DNA of 64,000 bases from Rikenellaceae bacterium. GTDB taxonomy: Bacteria; Bacteroidota; Bacteroidia; Bacteroidales; Rikenellaceae. Position numbers and translations under genes: made by a program. Positions 1 through 9,099 of this stretch are shown piece by piece (the first letter of the stretch is position 1; every line of letters begins with the position of its first letter). The DNA lies in contig SUZP01000004.1 in NCBI GenBank assembly GCA_015059865.1, forward strand, positions 2,300 to 66,299, given 5' to 3'. The notes below the pieces were generated by a model. The model was not told the DNA's origin and ran no database searches. It saw only the letters and a list, made by a program, of their open reading frames with translations.

Positions 1-69
1 GAGCCGCAAAAAAAACGCTGCTATTAAGACGAAAGGCTCAAATGGTTATTTTCGCAGAGTAAGAAATAG

Positions 70-102
70 AAAAAAGCGATGAACAAAATTCATCGCTTTT
101 TT
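70..102. terminator. Intrinsic terminator, probably bidirectional
   Basis: AAAAAAGCGATGAA-caaaa-TTCATCGCTTTTTT inverted repeat with A and T tails, downstream of cca. Confidence 0.75.
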
Positions 103-149
103 AGTCCTCGCTCTGCTGTTAATAGCAACCTTCCAAAATATAAAATTGG

Positions 150-257
150 AAATGAGTGAGGAAATTTTGTACTAAACAAGGAAGCGAGTCCGCAGCATAG
201 TAGCCCTATGTGAGGAACTCGCTTACCGAAGAGCAGTGCAAAATTTACCACTCATTT
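150..257. repeat. Long imperfect palindromic (REP/MITE-like) element
   Basis: Nested arms AAATGAGTG/CACTCATTT, AAATTTTGTACT/AGTGCAAAATTT, AAGCGAGT/ACTCGCTT around CATAG-tagcc-CTATG. Confidence 0.75.
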
Positions 258-1662
258 ACGATTTTCTCTTGACTAAGCCGCGCTCGAAGGCAAGCCGCTC
301 CATCAGAGCATGGGCAGCATCGTAGTCGTTTGGTATCTCGCCATCGAGAATGGCATTCTTGATTATCTCCTTTATCTCGCCAAGCATTGCACAAGGGGCA
401 ATATCGTACTCCTGCATTATTATATCGCCCGTGATTGGCGGTTGGAAGTTGCGGATACGGTCACGCTCTTCGAGGTCGCGCATCTTTTCGCGCACCAGCT
501 CGAAGTTCGCCAAAAAGCGTTTTACCTTGCTCTCAATGCCCGAGGTGATATCCGCCTCGCAGAGAGTCATCAACTTCTCGACATCGTCGCCCGCCTCAAA
601 GAGCAGACGGCGCACCGCCGAGTCGGTAACCACATCCTCCGCCAAAATAATTGGTCGCAGATGCAAAAAGACCATCTTCTGCACAAACTTCATCGTCTCG
701 CCCAACGGCAATTTCAGACGGCGGAAAATCGGTTGCACCATCTTCGAGCCGAGTACCTCGTGGCCGTGGAACGACCAACCGATGCGAGGGTCATACGATT
801 TACATTTAGGCTTTGCGATATCGTGCATCACAGCCGCCCAGCGCAGCCACAAATCGTCACTCTTACGAGCCACATTATCAAGCACTTTCAGCGTATGTTT
901 GAAGTTGTCCTTGTGGGCGTGATTACCCCTGCGCTCCACACCGCAAAGGGCGTGCATTTCGGGGAAGATTATCTCCAACAAACCGGTCAGTTCGAGCAGT
1001 TCAAAACCAATCGAAGGGACTGGCGATGCGACAATCTTGTTCAGTTCGGTGATGATGCGCTCTTGCGACACAATTTTGATGCGTTCGCGGTTGCGCTTCA
1101 TCGCCTCGAAGGTTTCATCTTCCAACTCAAAACCGAGTTGCGCTGCGAAGCGGATACCGCGCATCATTCGCAGAGGGTCATCGGAAAATGTTATATCGGG
1201 GTCGCACGGGGTGCAGATTATGCAATCTTCGAGGTCGCACATTCCGTCAAACGGGTCTACCAGCTCGCCAAAGGTCTTGCCATTGAGCGACCACGCCATA
1301 GCGTTTATCGTAAAGTCGCGGCGGCGTTGGTCATCTTCGATAGTGCCATCTTCGACATGCGGTTTGCGCGAATCGGGCGAGTAGGACTCCTTTCTTGCCC
1401 CCACAAACTCCACCTCGTAGCCATCGGCACGCAACATTGCCGTTCCGAAGGTTTTAAATACTGACACTTTGGTTTTCAGCTCCCTACCGAGTGCTTCGGC
1501 TATCTCGATACCGCTACCCACAACCACCACATCGATATCGGTGCAAGGGCGGTGCAGATAGTAGTCACGGACATATCCGCCCACAACATACGCCTCCACA
1601 CCTCGTTCATCAACAAGGCGTGAAATTCGCTTAAAAATTGGTAGGTTCAGTGGGCTAGTCAT
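256..1662 (-). CDS. cca: CCA tRNA nucleotidyltransferase with HD domain
   Basis: VVGGYVRD, DIDVVV, RRDFTINA, DDPLRMMR and MHDIAKP motifs; start moved to the ATG at 1662. Confidence 0.93.
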   Translation of the reverse strand: MTSPLNLPIFKRISRLVDERGVEAYVVGGYVRDYYLHRPCTDIDVVVVGSGIEIAEALGRELKTKVSVFKTFGTAMLRADGYEVEFVGARKESYSPDSRKPHVEDGTIEDDQRRRDFTINAMAWSLNGKTFGELVDPFDGMCDLEDCIICTPCDPDITFSDDPLRMMRGIRFAAQLGFELEDETFEAMKRNRERIKIVSQERIITELNKIVASPVPSIGFELLELTGLLEIIFPEMHALCGVERRGNHAHKDNFKHTLKVLDNVARKSDDLWLRWAAVMHDIAKPKCKSYDPRIGWSFHGHEVLGSKMVQPIFRRLKLPLGETMKFVQKMVFLHLRPIILAEDVVTDSAVRRLLFEAGDDVEKLMTLCEADITSGIESKVKRFLANFELVREKMRDLEERDRIRNFQPPITGDIIMQEYDIAPCAMLGEIKEIIKNAILDGEIPNDYDAAHALMERLAFERGLVKRKS

Positions 1663-1718
1663 TGTTTTTAGCTTTTTTCGTTTTTTTGAACTCTTACCAT
1701 TATCACGGCGCAACGATT

Positions 1719-1805
1719 TCTAGGGGCGCAGTCTGCGACTGCTTTATGGGGGCGGGCGTTCCGCCCTCTATGGGGGCGCTCACTCCGTTCGCTTTATGGG
1801 GTGCG
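1719..1805. repeat. Micro-array of four T(C/T)TA(T)GGGG(G/T)CG-like repeats with short hairpin spacers
   Basis: Repeat starts at 1719, 1743, 1767 and 1793; spacers include GCAGTC-tgc-GACTGC and GGGCG-ttc-CGCCC. Confidence 0.7.
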
Positions 1806-1830
1806 CTGAAAGTTTTCCGTTTATCGCTTC

Positions 1831-1879
1831 TCTCGTCTTTCGTCTCTCGTCTCTCGTCTCTCGTCTCTCGTCTCTCGTC
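1831..1879 (-). repeat. Heptamer tandem repeat (GACGAGA)x7
   Basis: TCTCGTC x7 on the + strand with one TTTCGTC variant, abutting the pdxJ stop codon. Confidence 0.95.
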
Positions 1880-2593
1880 TTATTTAAGACATCTACGATA
1901 GAGTTGCACCGTATTTTCCAAGCCGAAGTAGAGAGCATCGCAGATAAGTGCGTGACCTATCGAGACCTCATCGCACCAAGGTATCTGCTCGGCAAAATAT
2001 TGCAGATTTTCGAGCGAGAGGTCGTGACCTGCATTCAAGCCAAGTCCGCACTTGCGAGCCTCCTCCGCAGCAGCGATATATGGTGCAATAGCAGCCTCTC
2101 TATCCGCCTTGTAGTTAGCGGCATACGCCTCGGTATAGAGCTCCACTCGGTCTGCTCCGCAAGCGGCAGCTCCGGCAACCATCTCAGGCTTCGGGTCTAC
2201 GAAAATCGAGACGCGGATACCCTTCTCGTGAAAACGCTTTGTAACCTCAGTCAAAAACTCCTTGTTGGCGATGGTATCCCATCCTGCATTCGAGGTTATG
2301 GCATCAACAGCATCGGGCACCAGCGTTACCTGCGCAGGCACAACCTCCAAAACAAGGTCGATAAAGGAGTCTATCGGATTGCCCTCGATATTCAATTCAG
2401 TCTTGATAATACTCTTCAAATCACGCACATCCGAGTAGCGGATATGGCGAGCATCGGGGCGTGGATGAACTGTAATACCCTCACCACCAAAACGCTCAAT
2501 ATTGAGTGCTGCGGCAACCACATCTGGCATATTTCCACCGCGCGAATTGCGAATTACCGCAATCTTATTTACATTTACACTTAATTTTGTCAT
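1880..2593 (-). CDS. pdxJ: Pyridoxine 5'-phosphate synthase
   Basis: [35 protein letters not shown] and EVSIGHALI motifs. Confidence 0.96.
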   Translation of the reverse strand: MTKLSVNVNKIAVIRNSRGGNMPDVVAAALNIERFGGEGITVHPRPDARHIRYSDVRDLKSIIKTELNIEGNPIDSFIDLVLEVVPAQVTLVPDAVDAITSNAGWDTIANKEFLTEVTKRFHEKGIRVSIFVDPKPEMVAGAAACGADRVELYTEAYAANYKADREAAIAPYIAAAEEARKCGLGLNAGHDLSLENLQYFAEQIPWCDEVSIGHALICDALYFGLENTVQLYRRCLK

Positions 2594-2676
2594 AAAAATC
2601 GTTATATTTGCACTATCGTTTATTATACTCTACATCAAAAACGATGTAAAGATAATAAATTTCGCCGAAATAGAAT

Positions 2677-3543
2677 ATGAAAATTATACTTTTTTCACGA
2701 AAAAGCATCGCTCATCGCACCGAGGATATAGACAAAATCTTCGGAGCCATAGCACATTACGGCTTCGACTACGCCATAAATAGTGAGTTTGCCGAGTATA
2801 TCACAGAGAATACTCCTCACACAATCCCTGCCAAACTCATCTACAATGGCGAGGTGGGTGAGCAACCTGCCGACTCGGTGATGGTTTGCTATGGCGGCGA
2901 CGGCACACTACTCGAAGGTGTGCACCGCCTTGGCGGAGCCGACATACCCGTAGTGGGTATCAATGGCGGACATCTCGGCTTCCTCGCTCTCGCACCACGC
3001 GAAAACATCGAGGCGGTATTCGAGGAGATAGCCTCCAACAAGCTCCACTTGGAGGTGCGCGATATGCTCTGCATTGAGGGCATTGAAAATAGCCAACTAT
3101 ACGCCCTGAACGAGGTATCGGTACAGCGACTCGGCGCAGCAATGATTTCGATTGAGGCTGCCATTGATGGCAACACCGTATCGACCTATAACGGCGATGG
3201 CGTAATCATCTCAACACCAACAGGTTCAACCGCCTACTCGTTGAGTGCAGGAGGCCCTATTGTAGCCCCATCGTGCCACTCGTTTCTGCTCACTCCACTC
3301 GCACCTCACAACCTCACGATGCGACCTATCGTGATGCCCGATACGAGCATCGTTTCGCTGCGCATAAACACTCGCGGAAATGATGCGTCAATCTCGGTGG
3401 ATAATCGCACCTTCAAGATTGCGAATGACACTGTTTTAACCATCAAAAAGGCAAAAAGATATATCCGCCTTGCCGTACCACACAATATATCCTTCTTTGA
3501 TTCGTTACGAAATAAGATGATGTGGGGAGTGGACATTCGCTAA
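2677..3543 (+). CDS. nadK: NAD+ kinase
   Basis: GGDGT, ALNE and TPTGSTAYSLSAGGP motifs. Confidence 0.95.
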   Translation: MKIILFSRKSIAHRTEDIDKIFGAIAHYGFDYAINSEFAEYITENTPHTIPAKLIYNGEVGEQPADSVMVCYGGDGTLLEGVHRLGGADIPVVGINGGHLGFLALAPRENIEAVFEEIASNKLHLEVRDMLCIEGIENSQLYALNEVSVQRLGAAMISIEAAIDGNTVSTYNGDGVIISTPTGSTAYSLSAGGPIVAPSCHSFLLTPLAPHNLTMRPIVMPDTSIVSLRINTRGNDASISVDNRTFKIANDTVLTIKKAKRYIRLAVPHNISFFDSLRNKMMWGVDIR

Positions 3544-3556
3544 GGCAGAGCCTTCA

Positions 3557-3593
3557 AATTGACAATTGACAATTGATAATTAACAATTAAAGG
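3557..3593 (+). repeat. AATTGAC-family heptamer element (5 units ending AATTAAAGG)
   Basis: AATTGAC AATTGAC AATTGAT AATTAAC AATTAAA GG. Confidence 0.85.
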
Positions 3594-3651
3594 AAATTTA
3601 ACTTTTAATTTTCAATTAAAGTTTGTATATTTGCGCCCTATATAGGATAAG

Positions 3652-4353
3652 ATGGAGAAGATTCCGACACATATTGCTATCATAATGGATGGCAATGGCC
3701 GCTGGGCAAAGTCCAAAGGCAAAGAGCGTTACGAAGGTCACATCGAGGGTGTGGTCTCCGTTAAGGCTTGCATCAAGGCTGCCCGTAAGCGCGGTGTGCG
3801 TTACCTTACGCTCTACGCCTTCTCGACAGAGAATTGGGGCAGACCACAGGCCGAAGTAGATGCACTGATGCAGCTCTTCTGCCAGAGTGTCACGAAGGAG
3901 ACTCCCGAACTTATCGAGCAGGGGGTGAGGGTGCAGATAATAGGTCGTCGCGACCGCTTCTCAGAGAGTGTGCGCGAGCGACTGCTACATATCGAGGAGA
4001 GCACAAAGGGTGGCGATAAACTGACACTCGTGCTGGCATTCGACTACTCCTCGCGCGACGAGCTGGTGCGCGCAACACGCGCAGTAGCCGAGAAGGTGCA
4101 ACGGGGAGAGTTAAGGAGCGAGGATATCGACGAGAGGACAATCTCTGCCCACTTGGACACGGCAGAGATACCTGAGCCCGACCTGATTATCCGCACAAGT
4201 GGAGAGTGCCGATTGAGCAACTTCCTGCTATGGCAGGCCTCGTATGCCGAGATGTACTTCCCTCAAACAATGTGGCCCGACTTCCGCGAAGAGGAGTTCG
4301 ACAAGGCCTTGGAGGTATACGCCTCGCGCGAGCGTCGCTATGGCGTATTATAA
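3652..4353 (+). CDS. uppS: Undecaprenyl diphosphate synthase
   Basis: HIAIIMDGNGRWA, YAFSTENW and RTSGE.RLSNFLLWQ motifs. Confidence 0.96.
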   Translation: MEKIPTHIAIIMDGNGRWAKSKGKERYEGHIEGVVSVKACIKAARKRGVRYLTLYAFSTENWGRPQAEVDALMQLFCQSVTKETPELIEQGVRVQIIGRRDRFSESVRERLLHIEESTKGGDKLTLVLAFDYSSRDELVRATRAVAEKVQRGELRSEDIDERTISAHLDTAEIPEPDLIIRTSGECRLSNFLLWQASYAEMYFPQTMWPDFREEEFDKALEVYASRERRYGVL

Positions 4354-4379
4354 CTTTTGAAACGAGAAACGAACAAACA

Positions 4380-6962
4380 ATGATATTACTTGTCAAGATA
4401 TTCTGTCTGCTTGCAATGGCTTTGACTGCGGTGAAGGCTGTGGCGCAGCCATCCAAGGAGCACAAAAAGGGTTTTGAAAACTTCGTTGCCGACACCACAA
4501 AGGTAGAGGATACTTTTGTTATGCCCACGAATGCACCATATTTCGATGCGGCAGACGACAAAATCTACCATCTTCGCAAGGTCAATATTCACGGTGCTAA
4601 GCACATCAACCACGATATTATTCGCTCCTCTTCGGGATTGGTACCGGGCGACTCAATCTATCTCTCAGGCTCGTTCATCCAGAATGCGATGATGCGTCTT
4701 TGGTCGCAGCGCTACTTCGAGGATATTCAGATTGGAGCCACCATCGAGGGCGATAGTGTAGATTTGGAGGTTATGCTTCGCGAGCGACCACGAGTGATGA
4801 ATTGGTCGGTGTCGGGTGTATCGAAGAACAAATCGAGAGACCTGATTGACGAGGTGTTGAAGCTCAAACGAGGTCACGAACTATCAGACCACATCATCGA
4901 TAGAAACATCAAACTCCTCAAACAACACTTCGGCGAAAAGGGTTTTCTCGACTGCGAAGTAGGAGTCAAGATTGAGCCCGACACCGTAGTAAAGCAGGCT
5001 GTGAATGTAACCTTCGATGTAGAGAAAAAGCAGCGCGTGCGCATTGGCGAGATTACCTTCTCAGGCAACGAGGCGTTCCCTGCCAAGCGACTTGCTCGTA
5101 CATTCAAAAAGACTCACAAGGTTAGTATCCTCTTCTGGCAAAAGACCAAGTTCAACGAGAAGGAGTACGAGGAGGATAAGGAGCTCTTGCTCGACTTCTA
5201 CAACTCGAAGGGTTATCGCAACGCCAATATCATCTCCGATTCTATATATCGTTTGGAGCACAAAAACCCGAACAAGAAGCGAATGGGCATACACATCAAC
5301 CTCGCCGAGGGCAACAAATACTTTATTCGCAATGTAAATTGGGTTGGTAACTCGAAGTACGACACCGAGTTATTACAGCGTATGCTCTCGGTAAAGAGGG
5401 GCGATATCTACGACAAGAAGTCTATCCACAAGCGACTCGGCATCGGCAAAGAGCAAAATCCTGACGATATGTCGGTATCGTCACTCTATCAGAATGACGG
5501 CTACTTGATGTCGCAGATACAGCCCGACGAGATTATCGTAGGCGCGGACTCGCTCGACCTCGAAATCAAGATTTTCGAAGGTAACCAATTCACAATCAAC
5601 AATGTAGGCATTTCGGGCAACAATCGCGTAAACGACGAGGTTATTCGTCGCGAGTTGTATACGCGCCCAGGTGAGCTCTACAATCGCGCCCTCATTATGC
5701 AGACCATCCGCACCTTGGCGGGTATGCAGCACTTCAACGAGGAGGCGTTAGTCCCAGATGTTAAGCCTGTGTCGAACGACTTGGTGGATATAAATTGGGC
5801 TCTCGAAGAGAAGGCCTCCGACCAGTTCAATGTCGCAGCAGGTTGGGGCTCAGGCACATTTGTCGGCTCGGTGGGTATCACACTGAACAACCTCTCCATT
5901 CGCAACCTCTTCAAGAAGGGTGCGTGGAAACCTTACCCTATGGGACAAAATCAGCGTTTGTCGATTTCGGGACAGACCAACGGAACATACTACAAGGCTA
6001 TTGCCCTCTCATTCCAAGACCCTTGGCTCGGAGGTCGCAAGCCAAACTCGTTCACCATTTCGGGACACCTCTCCGAGCAGAACAACGCCTACTACATTTG
6101 GCAGTCGGCAACATCCTACTTCCGTTCGTATGGTATCTCAGTCGGCTTCGGTAAGCGTCTGTCGTGGCCTGACCCATACTTCACCTTCTATGGCGAGCTG
6201 GCCTATCAGCACTATGGCTTGAAGAACTACTCTTCGTTTATTATGCAGAACGGAAAGGCGAATATGCTCTCGTTGCGATTGGTATTGGCGCGTAACTCCA
6301 CCGACCAGCCAATCTACCCTCGTCGAGGTTCGGACATCTCGCTCTCGTTGCAGATTACACCTCCATTCTCGGCTATGGATGGAAAGGACTACTCAAATCC
6401 TAATATGAGTGAGCAGGAGCGTTACCGTTGGAGTGAGTTCCACAAGTGGCAATTCAAGGCGCAGTGGTTCCAAGCTCTCACGCCAAACGAGAAGCTCGTC
6501 TTGATGGCAAAGGCCGAGATGGGATTTTTGGGACACTACAACAAGAATAAGATATCGCCTTTCGAGCGCTTCCAAGTCGGAGGTGATGGTATGTCGGGAT
6601 ATACGATGTATGGCGTGGATATCATCGCACTGCGTGGTTACGAAGATGGTCAGTTAGACCCTGTGGGTAGCAACTACTCTATCGCGTATAATAAGTATAC
6701 TGTCGAGTTGCGCTATCCAGTAATTTTGAAGCCTTCGTCACAGATTTATGTGCTCGGCTTCTTGGAGGCGGGTAACGGATTTACCTCGTGGAAGGATTTT
6801 GCACCTTGGAAGGTTAAGCGTTCGGCAGGTGTGGGTGTGAGATTGTATCTCCCTATCGTAGGTATGCTCGGCATCGACTGGGGTTGGGGATTTGACCCAC
6901 CAGCAGGCTCGACCAAGCGAAGCGGAAGCCAATTCCACTTCGTCATCGGACAGAGTTTCTAA
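4380..6962 (+). CDS. bamA: Outer membrane protein assembly factor BamA
   Basis: POTRA-like repeats, LRGY loop motif, C-terminal F, and uppS-bamA-skp synteny; start moved to the ATG at 4380, which gives a signal peptide. Confidence 0.93.
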   Translation: MILLVKIFCLLAMALTAVKAVAQPSKEHKKGFENFVADTTKVEDTFVMPTNAPYFDAADDKIYHLRKVNIHGAKHINHDIIRSSSGLVPGDSIYLSGSFIQNAMMRLWSQRYFEDIQIGATIEGDSVDLEVMLRERPRVMNWSVSGVSKNKSRDLIDEVLKLKRGHELSDHIIDRNIKLLKQHFGEKGFLDCEVGVKIEPDTVVKQAVNVTFDVEKKQRVRIGEITFSGNEAFPAKRLARTFKKTHKVSILFWQKTKFNEKEYEEDKELLLDFYNSKGYRNANIISDSIYRLEHKNPNKKRMGIHINLAEGNKYFIRNVNWVGNSKYDTELLQRMLSVKRGDIYDKKSIHKRLGIGKEQNPDDMSVSSLYQNDGYLMSQIQPDEIIVGADSLDLEIKIFEGNQFTINNVGISGNNRVNDEVIRRELYTRPGELYNRALIMQTIRTLAGMQHFNEEALVPDVKPVSNDLVDINWALEEKASDQFNVAAGWGSGTFVGSVGITLNNLSIRNLFKKGAWKPYPMGQNQRLSISGQTNGTYYKAIALSFQDPWLGGRKPNSFTISGHLSEQNNAYYIWQSATSYFRSYGISVGFGKRLSWPDPYFTFYGELAYQHYGLKNYSSFIMQNGKANMLSLRLVLARNSTDQPIYPRRGSDISLSLQITPPFSAMDGKDYSNPNMSEQERYRWSEFHKWQFKAQWFQALTPNEKLVLMAKAEMGFLGHYNKNKISPFERFQVGGDGMSGYTMYGVDIIALRGYEDGQLDPVGSNYSIAYNKYTVELRYPVILKPSSQIYVLGFLEAGNGFTSWKDFAPWKVKRSAGVGVRLYLPIVGMLGIDWGWGFDPPAGSTKRSGSQFHFVIGQSF

Positions 6963-6977
6963 CCGCACAGAACTCTA

Positions 6978-6993
6978 TTGGCAATATATTTGA
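6978..6993 (+). promoter_or_regulatory. Putative sigma54-type -24/-12 promoter upstream of skp
   Basis: TTGGCAATATATTTGA, which also contains a TAnnTTTG match. Confidence 0.45.
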
Positions 6994-7031
6994 ATGTAAT
7001 TGCGTTTGATATGATAACAAACAGAGCTATT

Positions 7032-7541
7032 ATGAAACGAATTATTTTATCGGTAGTATTGGCATTGGCGACACTCGGTATCGCCTCGGCACAGAAGTAT
7101 TGCGTAATTGACAGCGAGAAGGTATTTAAGTCGCTTGACGAGTACAACAAGGCGATGACTCAGCTCGACGAGTTGGGCAAGAGCTATCAGACAGAGGTGG
7201 ATAATAGATATAAGAGTATCGAGTCGCTCTACAACAACTATATGGCACAGAAGGCCTCTCTTTCGGCCTCCACGCGTGCCACTATCGAGAAACAGATTTT
7301 GGAGAAGGAGGATGCTGCACAGAGATATCAGCAGGAGGTATTCGGCGAGAATGGCGAGCTTATGAAAAAGCGCGTAGAGCTCATCAAGCCTATACAGACC
7401 AAGGTCTTTGCTGCAATTGAGGCGTACGCCAAGGCAAATGGCTACGACCTCGTGCTTGACAAGGCATCGAATGCGTCGATTCTCTACTTGAACAATGCCA
7501 TTGACCACACAGCACAGGTGATTGAACAGTTGAAGAGATAG
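7032..7541 (+). CDS. skp: OmpH/Skp family periplasmic chaperone
   Basis: Signal peptide, coiled-coil body, GYDLVLDK C-terminal motif, located after bamA; start at ATG 7032. Confidence 0.9.
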   Translation: MKRIILSVVLALATLGIASAQKYCVIDSEKVFKSLDEYNKAMTQLDELGKSYQTEVDNRYKSIESLYNNYMAQKASLSASTRATIEKQILEKEDAAQRYQQEVFGENGELMKKRVELIKPIQTKVFAAIEAYAKANGYDLVLDKASNASILYLNNAIDHTAQVIEQLKR

Positions 7542-7561
7542 ATGAGATGGCTCAAATCAAT

Positions 7562-7623
7562 AATTGATAATTGACAATTGACCAATTGACAATTAAAGGT
7601 ATTTTTATTTAGGTCTGCGGCGC
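7562..7623 (+). repeat. 62-bp dispersed AATTGAC element with unique tail
   Basis: 58/62 identical to 26211-26272. Confidence 0.9.
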
Positions 7624-7752
7624 ACCATATTACCCTATCGCTCCTATTGCCCCTAAAAAGGTATACGCTACGATAAGGCAGGGAGTCCGCAAAACAAAAA
7701 GCATAAAGTAATTAAACAATAGAATAATAACTCAAAAATAGATTTAAGAGAG

Positions 7753-8289
7753 ATGAAAAAACTTTTTATTTTGGTTGCCGCATTGTTCACTATCGGCACC
7801 GTATCGGCACAGAAGTTCGCTCGTGTGAACTTGCAGGAGATTGTTGTTGCAATGCCAGAGTTTGAGCAGGCACAGAAGAATTTAGAGGCTTTCGGCAAGG
7901 ATTTGCAGGAGCAGATGGAGCAAATTCAGGTGGAGTTCAACAACAAGTATGCTGACTTCCAGAAAAATCAGGCTACTATGGCTGCTTCGGTAAAGCAGAT
8001 GAAGCAGCAGGAGTTGGAGCAGTTGCAGCAGCGTTTTTCGGAGTTCCAGCAGATTGCACAGCAGGATTTCCAGAAGAAGGAGGCAGAGTTGATTGAACCT
8101 GTACAGAAGAAGGCTGACGAGGCTGTGAAGAAGGTTGCCAAGGCAGCTGGTTATATCGCTGTATTCAACACCGCAGTACCAAGCCTTGCATACTTTGACG
8201 AAGCACAGCTTACCGACATCGCTCCACTCGTAAAGAGAGAGTTGGGCATTGTGGATAAGCCAGCTACACCTGCAACACCTGCAAAGTAG
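7753..8289 (+). CDS. skp: OmpH/Skp family periplasmic chaperone, second paralog
   Basis: Signal peptide ending AQK, Q/E-rich coiled coil, tandem with the first copy. Confidence 0.9.
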   Translation: MKKLFILVAALFTIGTVSAQKFARVNLQEIVVAMPEFEQAQKNLEAFGKDLQEQMEQIQVEFNNKYADFQKNQATMAASVKQMKQQELEQLQQRFSEFQQIAQQDFQKKEAELIEPVQKKADEAVKKVAKAAGYIAVFNTAVPSLAYFDEAQLTDIAPLVKRELGIVDKPATPATPAK

Positions 8290-8319
8290 TCGGTCATATT
8301 CGACATAGAGCATAGAGAG

Positions 8320-8360
8320 TGGGCGTGACCGATACTATCTCGGAACACGCCCATCTTTTA
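8320..8360 (+). terminator. Probable intrinsic terminator
   Basis: TGGGCGTG...CACGCCCA stem followed by TCTTTTA, between convergent skp and xpt. Confidence 0.6.
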
Positions 8361-8412
8361 TTCTCTAAAAAGCGCCGCTTTTGGCGCCATTTCCAGTACA
8401 ATTGGTGTAATC

Positions 8413-8982
8413 TTAAAGCACAAACTCTATTTTACAATCCGAAAGTGAGGCTATTCGTGCTAACGACTCTACACGCACTCCACGACTACTGAGGTAGTCA
8501 TGACCTTGCTGGAACGACTTTTCGATAAGGAAGCCCATACCCACAAGCTCGGCCTCGGCCTGCTCGATGATGTCAATAATACCCTTTGCGGCGTTACCGT
8601 TGGCAAGGAAGTCGTCAATAAAGAGTATGCGGTCGCCTTTGTTCAGGTATTCGCGACTGACACAAATATCATACTCACGCCCCTTGGTGAAAGATATAAC
8701 CTTTGTTTTAAAGCAATCTTCCATCGTGCTTGGCACTCTCTTCTTGGCAAATATCACAGGCAGATTGAATAGATAGCCCACCATAATCGCAGGAGCGATA
8801 CCACTCGCCTCGATAGTCATAATCTTATCGATTTTATCCCCTGCAAAACGCTTTACAAACTCGTCTGCCATAGCCTTCATCAGCAGTGGGTCCATTTGAT
8901 GGTTGATAAAGTTATCAACTTTGAGTATACCTCCTTCAAGGCATTTGCCATCGCGGAGAATTCTCTCTTTAAGCAGTTTCAT
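8413..8982 (-). CDS. xpt: Xanthine phosphoribosyltransferase
   Basis: [21 protein letters not shown] and IDDFLANG motifs. Confidence 0.95.
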   Translation of the reverse strand: MKLLKERILRDGKCLEGGILKVDNFINHQMDPLLMKAMADEFVKRFAGDKIDKIMTIEASGIAPAIMVGYLFNLPVIFAKKRVPSTMEDCFKTKVISFTKGREYDICVSREYLNKGDRILFIDDFLANGNAAKGIIDIIEQAEAELVGMGFLIEKSFQQGHDYLSSRGVRVESLARIASLSDCKIEFVL

Positions 8983-9000
8983 TATTGATTATATTTTTAT

Positions 9001-9051
9001 CAAAGATAGCTACTTTTTTTCGTATTTACAAAACTATTTTTACTATCTTTG
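9001..9051. promoter_or_regulatory. Divergent Bacteroidota -7 promoter boxes
   Basis: TATCTTTG on the - strand (9001-9008, xpt) and on the + strand (9044-9051, M14 peptidase). Confidence 0.65.
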
Positions 9052-9099
9052 TAAGGATTTTTTACACTTGTATACGATTTACACTTAAATAAACATATT

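Noticed and set aside
1-62. Possible 3' end of a + strand gene at the window edge
   Set aside because: Too short to assign a frame or product.
310-1464. Long antisense ORFs (310-1464, 1796-2584, 22525-23430, 31982-32986, 34048-35310, 43440-44342 and others)
   Set aside because: They lie entirely opposite well-supported genes, show no recognisable motifs, and are the expected shadow of codon bias.
1662-1901. Small ORFs made of heptamer repeats (1662-1901, 36018-36293, 52329-52652) and N-terminal extensions of groEL, lipB, bamA and lptB in the ORF track
   Set aside because: The peptides are translations of tandem repeats or intergenic DNA; better ATG starts exist downstream for the real genes.
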